A stretch of DNA of 15,563 bases, from IMG/VR virus record IMGVR_UViG_2718217897_000008. One strand, 5' to 3'. A program made the translations under genes and the position numbers. Source of the DNA: a virus. Its lineage: Duplodnaviria; Heunggongvirae; Uroviricota; Caudoviricetes. Positions 8,351 to 15,563 of this stretch are shown piece after piece. The notes under the pieces are model-generated. The model saw only the letters and a program-made list of their open reading frames with translations. It was not told where the DNA came from and did not search any database. How positions within the stretch are numbered: the stretch's first letter is position 1; each line of letters begins with the position of its first letter.

Positions 8351-9148
8351 TTACTCTCTGGAAGCTTTTCTTATCTCTCTTGGTGTTATATTAAAACGAT
8401 TATGAAATCTTTCAGTAAAACGAGAAGGACACTTATAACCATTTTCTCTGGCAATCTCGCTTATAGGTTTTACCGTCGTTTGTATAGCAGACAACGCATT
8501 ATTTAACCTCACATCGTCCAGTATACTTTGGAAACTTACCCCCTCGCTTGCTAGACGGCGATGTAATGTAGAAACAGAAATGTAGAGATATCGAGCAACC
8601 TTGTTTGCTGTCCATTTTGTGCCGGGTTCGGATAGCAGCAGGTTATAACAACGACTTATCAATGATTGTTTACTATATGATAAAAGTAAATGATTAACAT
8701 GATTCACTCCTAACGAAAGTAGAACGCCCATTGCTAAGTGCTCCTGAATTTTAGTTGAGAAGCCTCGGGAAACAGATGTTTTTAGTTGCTCCCAACAATA
8801 TATTAACTCAGGATTCTGAGGTAAAAAGAAACTTGTTTTGTTACGTATTTGATCAGTTACCGTATAAAGTTTTTGGAAACTCTCAATTAAATCAATGGGT
8901 AAGTAAAGCATTTCTGCAAGATAAAGCCCTGCTTCAGGATAATTCTCAATATAAAATTCATAACCACAAGGAAATAATATTATTTGATTATTATCAACAG
9001 TTAAAGTATGCGTCTCCCAATTGATAACTTTCTTTCCCTGACGGATACGACACAAAGCTGGCATAAGAGGCTTAACCCTATGAATCTCATGATGTTTATG
9101 CATCCGTATTTCTTCGATCTTTAAGTTAGTCTTACCTCTTGCCAGCAT
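8351..9148 (-). CDS. ybcM: AraC/XylS-family transcriptional regulator, 265 aa
   Basis: C-terminal AraC-type HTH ([42 protein letters not shown]...[27 protein letters not shown]); AT-rich codon usage; directly downstream of ybcL. Confidence 0.8.
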
Positions 9149-9157
9149 ACTCTCACC

Positions 9158-9709
9158 CTACTTTATCTCATAAACTGGTGTTATCTCAGCGGTTGCGATT
9201 TTATTAGCATTAAGCATATAACCAACTAACGCTCCGCTGGAGTTAGAATCTACAGGAATCTTTTCAGTTTTTAGAGCCCATACTTTAAACTGGTAATGAT
9301 GTGGTTTATCTCCTTTAGGAGGACATGCGCCACCAAACCCAGCATAGCCAAAATCATTTCGGCCTTGAACAGCACCAGTCGGCAGTTTTGTTCCATCACG
9401 TCTCCCTGCATCAACGGGCAAATATGTTACTGTTGCTGGAATATTAACAACAGTCCAATGCCACCAACCACTGCCTGTAGGTGCATCTGGATCATATACA
9501 GTTACGGCAAAGCTTTTGGTACCTTCAGGAACACCAGACCAGGTTAATGAGGGCGATGTATTACCACCTTCACACCCAAATCCAGAAAAGACATGAGACG
9601 TTGTAAGTTGCTCTCCTGTTTTTATTTCATTACTAGTGACCTGAAATGCTGCAGCCTGCGCAGAAAATGTTATGAATGCCAATACAGTTGAAACGATAAG
9701 TGTTTTCAT
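9158..9709 (-). CDS. ybcL: secreted PEBP/RKIP-family (UPF0098) protein, 183 aa
   Basis: Signal peptide MKTLIVSTVLAFITFSAQAAA; PEBP-like motifs (YDPDAPTGSGWWHW, HHYQFKVWAL). Confidence 0.8.
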   Translation of the reverse strand: MKTLIVSTVLAFITFSAQAAAFQVTSNEIKTGEQLTTSHVFSGFGCEGGNTSPSLTWSGVPEGTKSFAVTVYDPDAPTGSGWWHWTVVNIPATVTYLPVDAGRRDGTKLPTGAVQGRNDFGYAGFGGACPPKGDKPHHYQFKVWALKTEKIPVDSNSSGALVGYMLNANKIATAEITPVYEIK

Positions 9710-9925
9710 AAAAACCTCTTTGTTATGACCTATCGTTATTTTATTTGATATTCCTTTATCTCATTATGCATAAAGGCGCAATGTTCATGCAAAAGCAATC
9801 ACAATTGTACCCCCAACCCAATTATTTGCCACAATATACACAAAGCACATTGATACTATCTAAAAACTCTGCTTTATTATTAGTAATACCTACGAAAGTC
9901 GGTGTTATTTTTTAACCTACCATTC

Positions 9926-9975
9926 AAAATACGTGACATACACCATTTTGCTCATAATAATTTGTCACGTATTTT
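9926..9975. repeat. 50-bp dyad element: perfect 13-bp inverted repeat AAAATACGTGACA / TGTCACGTATTTT with a 24-bp spacer
   Basis: Direct read: 9926-9938 is the exact reverse complement of 9963-9975; lies in the ybcK-ybcL intergenic region. Confidence 0.6.
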
Positions 9976-10173
9976 CAGTATTTGAATCTGCGACCAAGAG
10001 TTCTCACCTAACAAATGATTAAGATTGTATAGCTCATTTACTACCCCAATACAGCCGTACAAAACTCGCTTGTGGGAGCAAACAAAGTAATTACCCATTA
10101 AGTTTCGTCAAAGATAATTAATTCTGTCTTGCACTTTATCACCATAGCATAACTTAAAATCCGAGATCATTAT

Positions 10174-11700
10174 TTAGAAATAAATCTCACCATCAACCAT
10201 ATATTTGAGAGCACTTATCGCCTGCTGGGCGGATATTACTTTCATTAAAGGATAGTGTTTAAAAACAATGCCATTCATAAAATAGATATCACAGGTTTTA
10301 TTATCCGTATTAATTATGATTTTTTCGAATGTTTTATAGGCAAGTGTACGGCATAACTCTCGTCCATTTTTACTGGTTAAGTCAATAGCATAAAAATCAC
10401 TGAATGAATTTACACCTTTACTCTTCAAAGTTTTCAATGATACCGAAGCCCTTCGTAATTCCTTATCTAATAGTCTTATTTTCTCTGCTATAGCGGTAAC
10501 TTCAGGCGCGACAGACAATGCAACGATTAAATTATTAATTTTCATCTGAAGCTCAATAATTTTTAACTCTAAAGTTTCATTAGCATCTTTCTTGTTTTCA
10601 ACTGGTTGAATTTTGCTACAATTAAAAAGCAATTCATTAATGATATTATAATCAACCAAATCTCTTTTTATTGATGGCCTGTCACATCGATGTAATCTTC
10701 TCATCGGACAAACATAATAGCCATGCAAACTTCCAGATACCGCATGAACAATCATGGTATTACCACAAGCCTCACACTTCATAACTGTTCGAAGTAGATT
10801 TATTAGCATAGGATTCTTGCTACTATTGCTAATACCAAAAGGTGCCAACCGAATTTCCTGTACAGCGTAAAACAAATCATCTGATATGACTCTGGGATAA
10901 TAGCCAGCGATTTCACTTATCCCTTTCCCTCTTGCACGATATGAAGGTACGCATATACCTATCAGAGCTTTATTCGCTAATAATTTTTCAATTACAGAAG
11001 GTCCCCATGCACTTTCTTTTCCTGAGAAATTCTTTACAGCATGATCATTTAAATACTTGGCTATTGCATTCAATGAGCGCCTTTCCATCCTGAGTTTAAA
11101 AATTAGCTCAATAGTTTTCACCCTGTCGGGGTCTGGAACAAAAGCCGTTCTTTTGTCATCTAAGGAGAGCCATCTCGGACAAGACGCCGTCATAATCGTA
11201 CCTGATTCCAGTGCATCCTGCCGTTTTTTCTTCCATGATAATTTAACCCGACTTGACTTTATCTCGCTTTCTTCATTTGCCCTTTGTGCTATAAGTATGG
11301 CTTTTATTAATGAATATGGCTCATTCAAAGAGTCAATATTATAGACTGTATTGTCGCAAAGAGTTATAACATCAATACCGTGATTCAAAATCAATTTCAG
11401 ACGTTCAATCGCTTCACCGACTTTTTCTCTTGAAAGTCTGTCCAGACTTTCAACTAACAATGTAGTTCCTGGCAATATATAACCATGCTCTATAGCATCT
11501 AAAAATTCCGAAAAAGCTCCTGATTGTGCATGCTTTCCTTTGAATGCACTTAATCCTAAATCTTCATATGTTATGGTATCAAGATAATAATCACTATTTA
11601 CCTTTAATCATTCAGCAATAAGTCTTCTCTGTCGGTTTAATGAGTCGCCAGACATCTGACCTGGTGATGAAAATCGCATATATGCTATGGCTTTTTTCAT
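10174..11700 (-). pseudogene. ybcK: large serine recombinase (resolvase domain, recombinase domain, zinc ribbon) interrupted by an in-frame TGA at codon 31
   Basis: ATG at 11700 gives MKKAIAYMRFSSPGQMSGDSLNRQRRLIAE (catalytic-serine motif) then TGA at 11608-11610; the same frame continues LKVNSDYY...ILPGTTLLVESLDRLSRE... into the 433-aa ORF, total 508 codons. The track ORF begins at a TTG. Confidence 0.75.
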
Positions 11701-11884
11701 GGTGACACCTGCTAACGTATGCTTTTATAAACCTTAGTGGTGGGATATAATTTTTGTTTAATTTTTATTTAAAAAGACAATTAAGGTCACATTATCTTGA
11801 ATATACAACAATAATCGTATTGCAATTTTCTTACGCCATAATCTTGAAAGCACAAAAGAATACATAAAAAATAAAGACATTAAC

Positions 11885-11924
11885 AAAAAGCATAAAACGA
11901 GGCTCATATAAATATAAGAGCCTC
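11885..11924 (-). terminator. rho-independent terminator downstream of emrE
   Basis: GAGGCTC - 12 nt - GAGCCTC hairpin followed on the minus strand by GUUUUAUGCUUUUU, about 30 nt after the emrE stop. Confidence 0.55.
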
Positions 11925-11954
11925 CATATTTTAGTCGTTTAGAAACAAATTATT

Positions 11955-12287
11955 TTAATGTGGTGTGCTTCGTGACAATAAATTAATAACCAACACACCG
12001 GCACAAATCAACATCATGCCTATAATGGCTGGCAGGTCCAGCCGTTGGCCGAAAAATCCCCATGACAGTAAGCTAATCAGGACAATACCGACTCCTGACC
12101 AGATACCATAAGCAATCCCTGTAGGAATATAAGCCAGCGTCTGAGCTAATAACCAGAATGATGCACAATAACAAATAATTGTACCAACAGATGGCCATAA
12201 CCGTGTAAAACCTTCTGAAAACTTCATTAAGGTTGTACCAATGACCTCTGCAAGTATTGCACCACCAAGATAAATATAAGGGTTCAT
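11955..12287 (-). CDS. emrE: EmrE small multidrug resistance (SMR) efflux transporter, 110 aa
   Basis: Translation MNPYIYLGGAILAEVIGTTLMKFSEGFTRLWPSVGTIICYCASFWLLAQTLAYIPTGIAYGIWSGVGIVLISLLSWGFFGQRLDLPAIIGMMLICAGVLVINLLSRSTPH, recognised as EmrE (four TM helices, conserved membrane Glu in TM1); the ORF-track start at 12341 is an upstream extension. Confidence 0.9.
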   Translation of the reverse strand: MNPYIYLGGAILAEVIGTTLMKFSEGFTRLWPSVGTIICYCASFWLLAQTLAYIPTGIAYGIWSGVGIVLISLLSWGFFGQRLDLPAIIGMMLICAGVLVINLLSRSTPH

Positions 12288-12302
12288 AGCATATTCTTTC
12301 CT

Positions 12303-12337
12303 GTTCAAACTGGAGAGAATTGTACTACAGTTTGAAC
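12303..12337 (-). promoter_or_regulatory. 10-bp perfect inverted repeat in the ren-emrE intergenic region (terminator for ren or leader structure for emrE)
   Basis: GTTCAAACTG - 15 nt - CAGTTTGAAC, 16 nt upstream of the emrE start codon on the transcribed strand. Confidence 0.4.
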
Positions 12338-12354
12338 TCAACTCACCTGTTTCA

Positions 12355-12657
12355 TCATTGTGTTCCCATTGATGTTCTTTTATATACCCTCAGTACCCGT
12401 TTCATCGCGGCACTCTGGCGACACTCCTTAAAAATCAGATTCGTGCTCACCTTTCCTTCCCGTTCTTCTCTGGTAGCGAACCGGTAATACACCGTTCGCC
12501 AGACCTTACCATCAACGACCAGGATTCCTGCCCGCGCCATTTTAGCCGCAGCCTGATTTATGCTGGTTACGGTTGCACCTGTTACCGCGGCAACGTCCTG
12601 TGCACAGAAGCTCTTATGCGTCCCCAGGTAATGAATAATTGCCTCTTTGCCCGTCAT
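12355..12657 (-). CDS. renD: Ren (Rex-exclusion resistance protein) homolog, 100 aa
   Basis: Translation MTGKEAIIHYLGTHKSFCAQDVAAVTGATVTSINQAAAKMARAGILVVDGKVWRTVYYRFATREEREGK... closely matches lambda Ren as recalled; ATGA overlap with the upstream P fragment. Confidence 0.8.
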   Translation of the reverse strand: MTGKEAIIHYLGTHKSFCAQDVAAVTGATVTSINQAAAKMARAGILVVDGKVWRTVYYRFATREEREGKVSTNLIFKECRQSAAMKRVLRVYKRTSMGTQ

Positions 12658-12890
12658 ACACTTGATCCTTTCAGTCCGAACTTAGCTTTGATTTCTGCGA
12701 TCTTCGCCAGAGCCTGTGCACGATTTAGAGGTCTACCGCCCATGACAGGAAGTTGTTTTACTGGTTCAGGTATCGCCTCACCACGGTTAATTCGCGCGGT
12801 CATACAGGACAGTTCATCGGCAGCCTTGCGCCGTAATTCCGCGTCAGTCAGCGCATTGGCCCGCATGTTCTGGTACAAGTTGGTAACCAA
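12654..12890 (-). pseudogene. C-terminal fragment of replication protein P (helicase loader), about 80 codons
   Basis: Translation ...VTNLYQNMRANALTDAELRRKAADEL..TARINRGEAIPEPVKQLPVMGGRPLNRAQALAKIAEIKAKFGLKG..V matches the lambda P C-terminus; homology runs a few codons further upstream (AYW) to a stop at 12918-12920; no O gene or N-terminal P present. Confidence 0.8.
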
Positions 12891-12900
12891 CCAGTAAGCA

Positions 12901-13266
12901 ATGGGATATGCCTCTGGTTATGTCTGGTTGAATCCACCATACAGCAATATTTCCCCTTTTGTGAAAAAGGCAGCCACTGAAAACAAATTCAGCAGTGTGG
13001 GATGTGTAATGTTATTACCTGCTGACACATCTGTCGGATGGTTTCATGAAGCGATACAAACCGCCAGTGAGGTCAGATTCATCACGGCAGGACGACTGGC
13101 ATTTATTAACCCACTCACCGGGAAACACGTCAGTGGAAATAATAAAGGCTCGATGCTCATTATCTGGCACCCATACCCCCGTACACACTGCCACTTTACG
13201 ACCGTTGATCGTGGAGAGTTGATGGCGTTCGGCTCAAGGATTCTTGCCCGTCGGGAGGCTGCATGA
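12901..13266 (+). pseudogene. 5'-truncated phage Dam-family N6-adenine DNA methyltransferase fragment, 121 codons
   Basis: Begins essentially at the catalytic NPPY motif (GYVWLNPPYS) followed by a ...MLLPADTSVGWFHE...VRFITGRLAF pattern typical of phage Dam methylases; the N-terminal SAM-binding half is missing and the ORF abuts the P fragment head-to-head. Confidence 0.6.
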
Positions 13267-13346
13267 CAACCACGGAATGCATTTTTCTGGCAGCGGGCTT
13301 CATATTCTGTGTGCTTATGCTTGCCGACATGGGACTTGTTCAATGA
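13263..13346 (+). CDS. candidate small hydrophobic peptide, 27 aa (single predicted TM helix)
   Basis: ATG overlaps the upstream stop (ATGA) and its stop overlaps the next ATG (ATGA); translation MTTTECIFLAAGFIFCVLMLADMGLVQ. Below the ORF-track size cutoff; speculative. Confidence 0.35.
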   Translation: MTTTECIFLAAGFIFCVLMLADMGLVQ

Positions 13347-13558
13347 CACCTCAGCAGGAAAACGCCCTTCGCAGCATAGCCCGTCAGGCTAATTCTGAAA
13401 TCAAAAAAGCCAGACAGCAGTTTCCGGATAAAAACGTCGATGACATTTGCCGTAGCGTACTGAAGAAGCACCGCGAAACGGTAACGCTGATGGGATTCAC
13501 ACCGACTCATTTAAGCCTGGCGATCGGCATGTTAAACGGCGTCTTTAAGGAGCGATGA
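13343..13558 (+). CDS. hypothetical phage early-left protein, 71 aa
   Basis: Translation MTPQQENALRSIARQANSEIKKARQQFPDKNVDDICRSVLKKHRETVTLMGFTPTHLSLAIGMLNGVFKER; translationally coupled to the upstream small ORF; the track ORF starting at 13244 is an out-of-context extension. Confidence 0.5.
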   Translation: MTPQQENALRSIARQANSEIKKARQQFPDKNVDDICRSVLKKHRETVTLMGFTPTHLSLAIGMLNGVFKER

Positions 13559-13656
13559 ACATGAAAAGCAAAATCATCAGGGAGCTACAGGCTCCTTTTT
13601 TATTATTCGCATTCACCCTCAAGCGTATTAACCAACAATTCAGGGATTAATGGAAG

Positions 13657-13875
13657 ATGGCAGACATCATTGATTCAGCATCAGAAATCGAAGAATTACA
13701 GCGCAATACAGCAATAAAAATGCGTCGTCTGAACCACCAGGTTATATCTGCCACTCATTGTTGTGAGTGTGGCGATCCCATAGATGAACGAAGACGCCTG
13801 GCCGTTCAGGGTTGTCGGACTTGTGCAAGCTGCCAGGAGGAGATCGAACTTAAGAACAAACAATGGGGATTGTGA
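13657..13875 (+). CDS. TraR/DksA-family C4 zinc-finger protein, 72 aa
   Basis: C-x2-C ... C-x2-C pattern (CCECGDPIDERRRLAVQGCRTCASCQ) with preceding acidic helix, typical of phage/plasmid TraR-like proteins. Confidence 0.7.
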   Translation: MADIIDSASEIEELQRNTAIKMRRLNHQVISATHCCECGDPIDERRRLAVQGCRTCASCQEEIELKNKQWGL

Positions 13876-13922
13876 TGGCCTCAAAGCAGCAAATTTCAAC
13901 ATCGTCCAACTGAGGTGTAAAA

Positions 13923-14201
13923 ATGTTCAGAATCATTTTGCCTAACACCTGGTACGTCGACCACCACGGCACTCCCTGCAAAATCCTGCGTTCTACCCAC
14001 AACAAAGTTCACTACATCCGAAAAGGCAGAACATGTATCGCCAGCATGTTCCGCTTTAATCATGACTTTGAACCTGTGAATAAAGCTGATGCAGATCGGA
14101 TAGCAGAAGAGATCGAAACGGCAGAACACATTAAGAAGTTACGTGACATGCGTTCAAAAAGCAGAGGTAACCATGGAATCATACAGCCTCACACTCGATG
14201 A
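13923..14201 (+). CDS. hypothetical protein, 92 aa
   Basis: ATG at 13923 preceded by a GAGGTG Shine-Dalgarno at good spacing; no recognisable motif. Confidence 0.5.
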   Translation: MFRIILPNTWYVDHHGTPCKILRSTHNKVHYIRKGRTCIASMFRFNHDFEPVNKADADRIAEEIETAEHIKKLRDMRSKSRGNHGIIQPHTR

Positions 14202-14544
14202 GGCCTGTCAGTTTCTTAAGATATCCAGACCAACCGCCACCAACTGGATACGAACAGGCCGCCTACAGGCAACACGTAAAGATCCAACCAAGCCAAAATC
14301 TCCTTACCTCACAACACGGCAAGCCTGCATTGCGGCGCTTCAGTCTCCGCTGCATACTGTCCAGGTGAGCGCGGGTGATGGCATAACAGAGGAAAGAAAA
14401 TGTCACTCTTCCGCAGAAATGAAATATGGTATGCCTCGTATTCGCTCCCGGGCGGGAAACGAATTAAGGAATCTCTTGGCACAAAGGACAAGCGGCAAGC
14501 TCAGGAGTTGCACGACAAGCGAAAAGCAGAACTCTGGCGAGTAG
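14173..14544 (+). CDS. xisD: excisionase-like (AlpA/Xis-family HTH) ORF, unusually extended so that it overlaps the integrase start by 145 nt; possibly a pseudogene
   Basis: [31 protein letters not shown] has the Xis/AlpA-type HTH; GAGGT Shine-Dalgarno before the ATG at 14173 (the track ORF starts 10 codons earlier at 14143); the frame runs on to 14544, well past the int ATG at 14400. Confidence 0.5.
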   Translation: MESYSLTLDEACQFLKISRPTATNWIRTGRLQATRKDPTKPKSPYLTTRQACIAALQSPLHTVQVSAGDGITEERKCHSSAEMKYGMPRIRSRAGNELRNLLAQRTSGKLRSCTTSEKQNSGE

Positions 14545-15563
14545 AAAAGCTAGGGGATTTACCTGATGTCACTTTTGAAGAGGCCTGCCTAAGATGGCTT
14601 GAGGAAAAAGCTGATAAAAAATCTCTCGATTCAGATAAAAGCCGGATTGAGTTCTGGCTTGAACATTTTGAGGGTATAAGGCTTAAAGATATCTCGGAGG
14701 CAAAGATTTACTCTGCTGTAAGCAGAATGCATAACAGAAAGACGAAAGAAATATGGAAACAGAAAGTTCAGGCCGCCATCAGGAAAGGTAAAGAACTGCC
14801 TGTTTATGAACCAAAGCCAGTACCAACTCAGACAAAGGCAAAGCATCTTGCCATGAGAAAGGCCATTCTCCGTGCTGCAGAACGCGACTGGAAGTGGCTG
14901 GAAAAAGCGCCTGTCATCAAGATACCAGCGGTCAGAAACAAGCGAGTCAGATGGCTGGAAAAGGAGGAAGCAAAACGCCTTATTGATGAGTGCCCCGAAC
15001 CACTGAAATCTGTCGTCAAGTTTGCGCTGGCAACTGGTCTGAGAAAGTCGAACATCATAAATCTGGAATGGCAACAAATCGACATGCAGCGACGAGTTGC
15101 CTGGGTGAATCCAGAAGAGAGCAAATCAAACCGCGCCATTGGTGTGGCGCTGAACGATACCGCCTGTAAAGTGTTGCGTGATCAAATAGGCAAGCATCAC
15201 AAATGGGTGTTTGTACATACCAAGGCGGCTAAGCGAGCAGATGGAACATCAACGCCTGCGGTCAGGAAGATGCGCATCGACAGCAAGACATCATGGCTAT
15301 CAGCTTGTCGTCGTGCAGGAATTGAAGATTTCCGTTTCCATGACCTCAGACACACCTGGGCAAGCTGGCTGATTCAGTCAGGCGTCCCATTATCAGTGCT
15401 TCAGGAAATGGGCGGATGGGAGTCCATAGAAATGGTTCGTAGGTATGCTCACCTTGCGCCTAATCATTTGACAGAGCATGCGAGGAAAATAGACGACATT
15501 TTTGGTGATAATGTCCCAAATATGTCCCACTCTGGAATTATGGAGGATATAAAGAAGGCGTAA
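14400..15563 (+). CDS. intD: P4-type tyrosine integrase, 387 aa
   Basis: C-terminal catalytic-domain motifs (...[10 protein letters not shown]..., [23 protein letters not shown] with the catalytic Tyr); N-terminal arm-binding-like domain; terminal position next to xis. Confidence 0.9.
   Translation: MSLFRRNEIWYASYSLPGGKRIKESLGTKDKRQAQELHDKRKAELWRVEKLGDLPDVTFEEACLRWLEEKADKKSLDSDKSRIEFWLEHFEGIRLKDISEAKIYSAVSRMHNRKTKEIWKQKVQAAIRKGKELPVYEPKPVPTQTKAKHLAMRKAILRAAERDWKWLEKAPVIKIPAVRNKRVRWLEKEEAKRLIDECPEPLKSVVKFALATGLRKSNIINLEWQQIDMQRRVAWVNPEESKSNRAIGVALNDTACKVLRDQIGKHHKWVFVHTKAAKRADGTSTPAVRKMRIDSKTSWLSACRRAGIEDFRFHDLRHTWASWLIQSGVPLSVLQEMGGWESIEMVRRYAHLAPNHLTEHARKIDDIFGDNVPNMSHSGIMEDIKKA

Noticed and set aside
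8755-9547. Plus-strand ORFs of 89 and 83 aa within ybcM and ybcL
   Set aside because: Antisense to genes with clear AraC and PEBP signatures.
9926-9975. Reading the 13-bp inverted repeat as a CRP site or a simple terminator
   Set aside because: The half-site is CGTGACA with a 24-bp spacer, not TGTGA-N6-TCACA; as a terminator the stem would be AT-rich with a long loop and it is about 200 nt from the nearest stop. Kept as a candidate recombinase or regulator site instead.
11057-11344. Plus-strand 95-aa ORF within the serine recombinase
   Set aside because: Antisense to the recombinase domain; no support.
12616-13349. ORFs antisense to the P fragment (12616-12897, plus) and to the methylase fragment (13044-13349, minus)
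   Set aside because: The opposite-strand translations have clear homology to lambda P and to phage Dam methylases; these are mirror frames.
13696-14129. Minus-strand ORFs of 68 and 77 aa overlapping the TraR-like gene and the 92-aa ORF
   Set aside because: Antisense to ORFs with a zinc-finger motif and a strong RBS respectively.
14631-15139. Minus-strand ORFs of 148 and 103 aa inside the integrase gene
   Set aside because: Antisense to an integrase with intact catalytic motifs.
1-15563. tRNA genes, CRISPR arrays, IS elements
   Set aside because: No cloverleaf-compatible conserved tRNA blocks, no regularly spaced direct repeats and no transposase-like ORFs or IS terminal repeats seen; the argU tRNA expected next to int would lie just beyond the window end.

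Overview
The window reads as a near-complete, heavily deleted lambdoid cryptic prophage of the DLP12 type, in reverse orientation relative to its integrase. No tRNA, rRNA, CRISPR array or IS element was found, and I see no clear novel multi-gene system. The most promising leads are a premature stop in the ybcK serine recombinase, a 50-bp dyad element beside it, an intact cos site next to a truncated Nu1 DNA-binding domain, and a chain of translationally coupled small ORFs near xis. From low to high coordinates: appY (AraC-family regulator, minus strand), an orphan 97-aa membrane protein, a 65-aa Nu1 remnant, an intact lambda-type cos site, a small ribbon-helix-helix-like ORF, bor, a full lysis cassette (pinholin, SAR endolysin, Rz/Rz1), an intact nmpC-like porin, the Q antiterminator with the nin-region genes (ylcG, rusA, ybcO, ninE, ybcN, ylcH), a cargo block (ybcM, ybcL, ybcK, emrE), ren, a P fragment abutting a Dam-methylase fragment, several small left-operon ORFs, xis and a P4-type tyrosine integrase. 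The immunity/replication module and all head/tail genes are absent, with two visible deletion scars (about 1770-1785 and 12895-12915). All calls rest on reading the translations and on recalled family sequences; no database search was run, so gene symbols are recollections of the E. coli K-12 DLP12 names.
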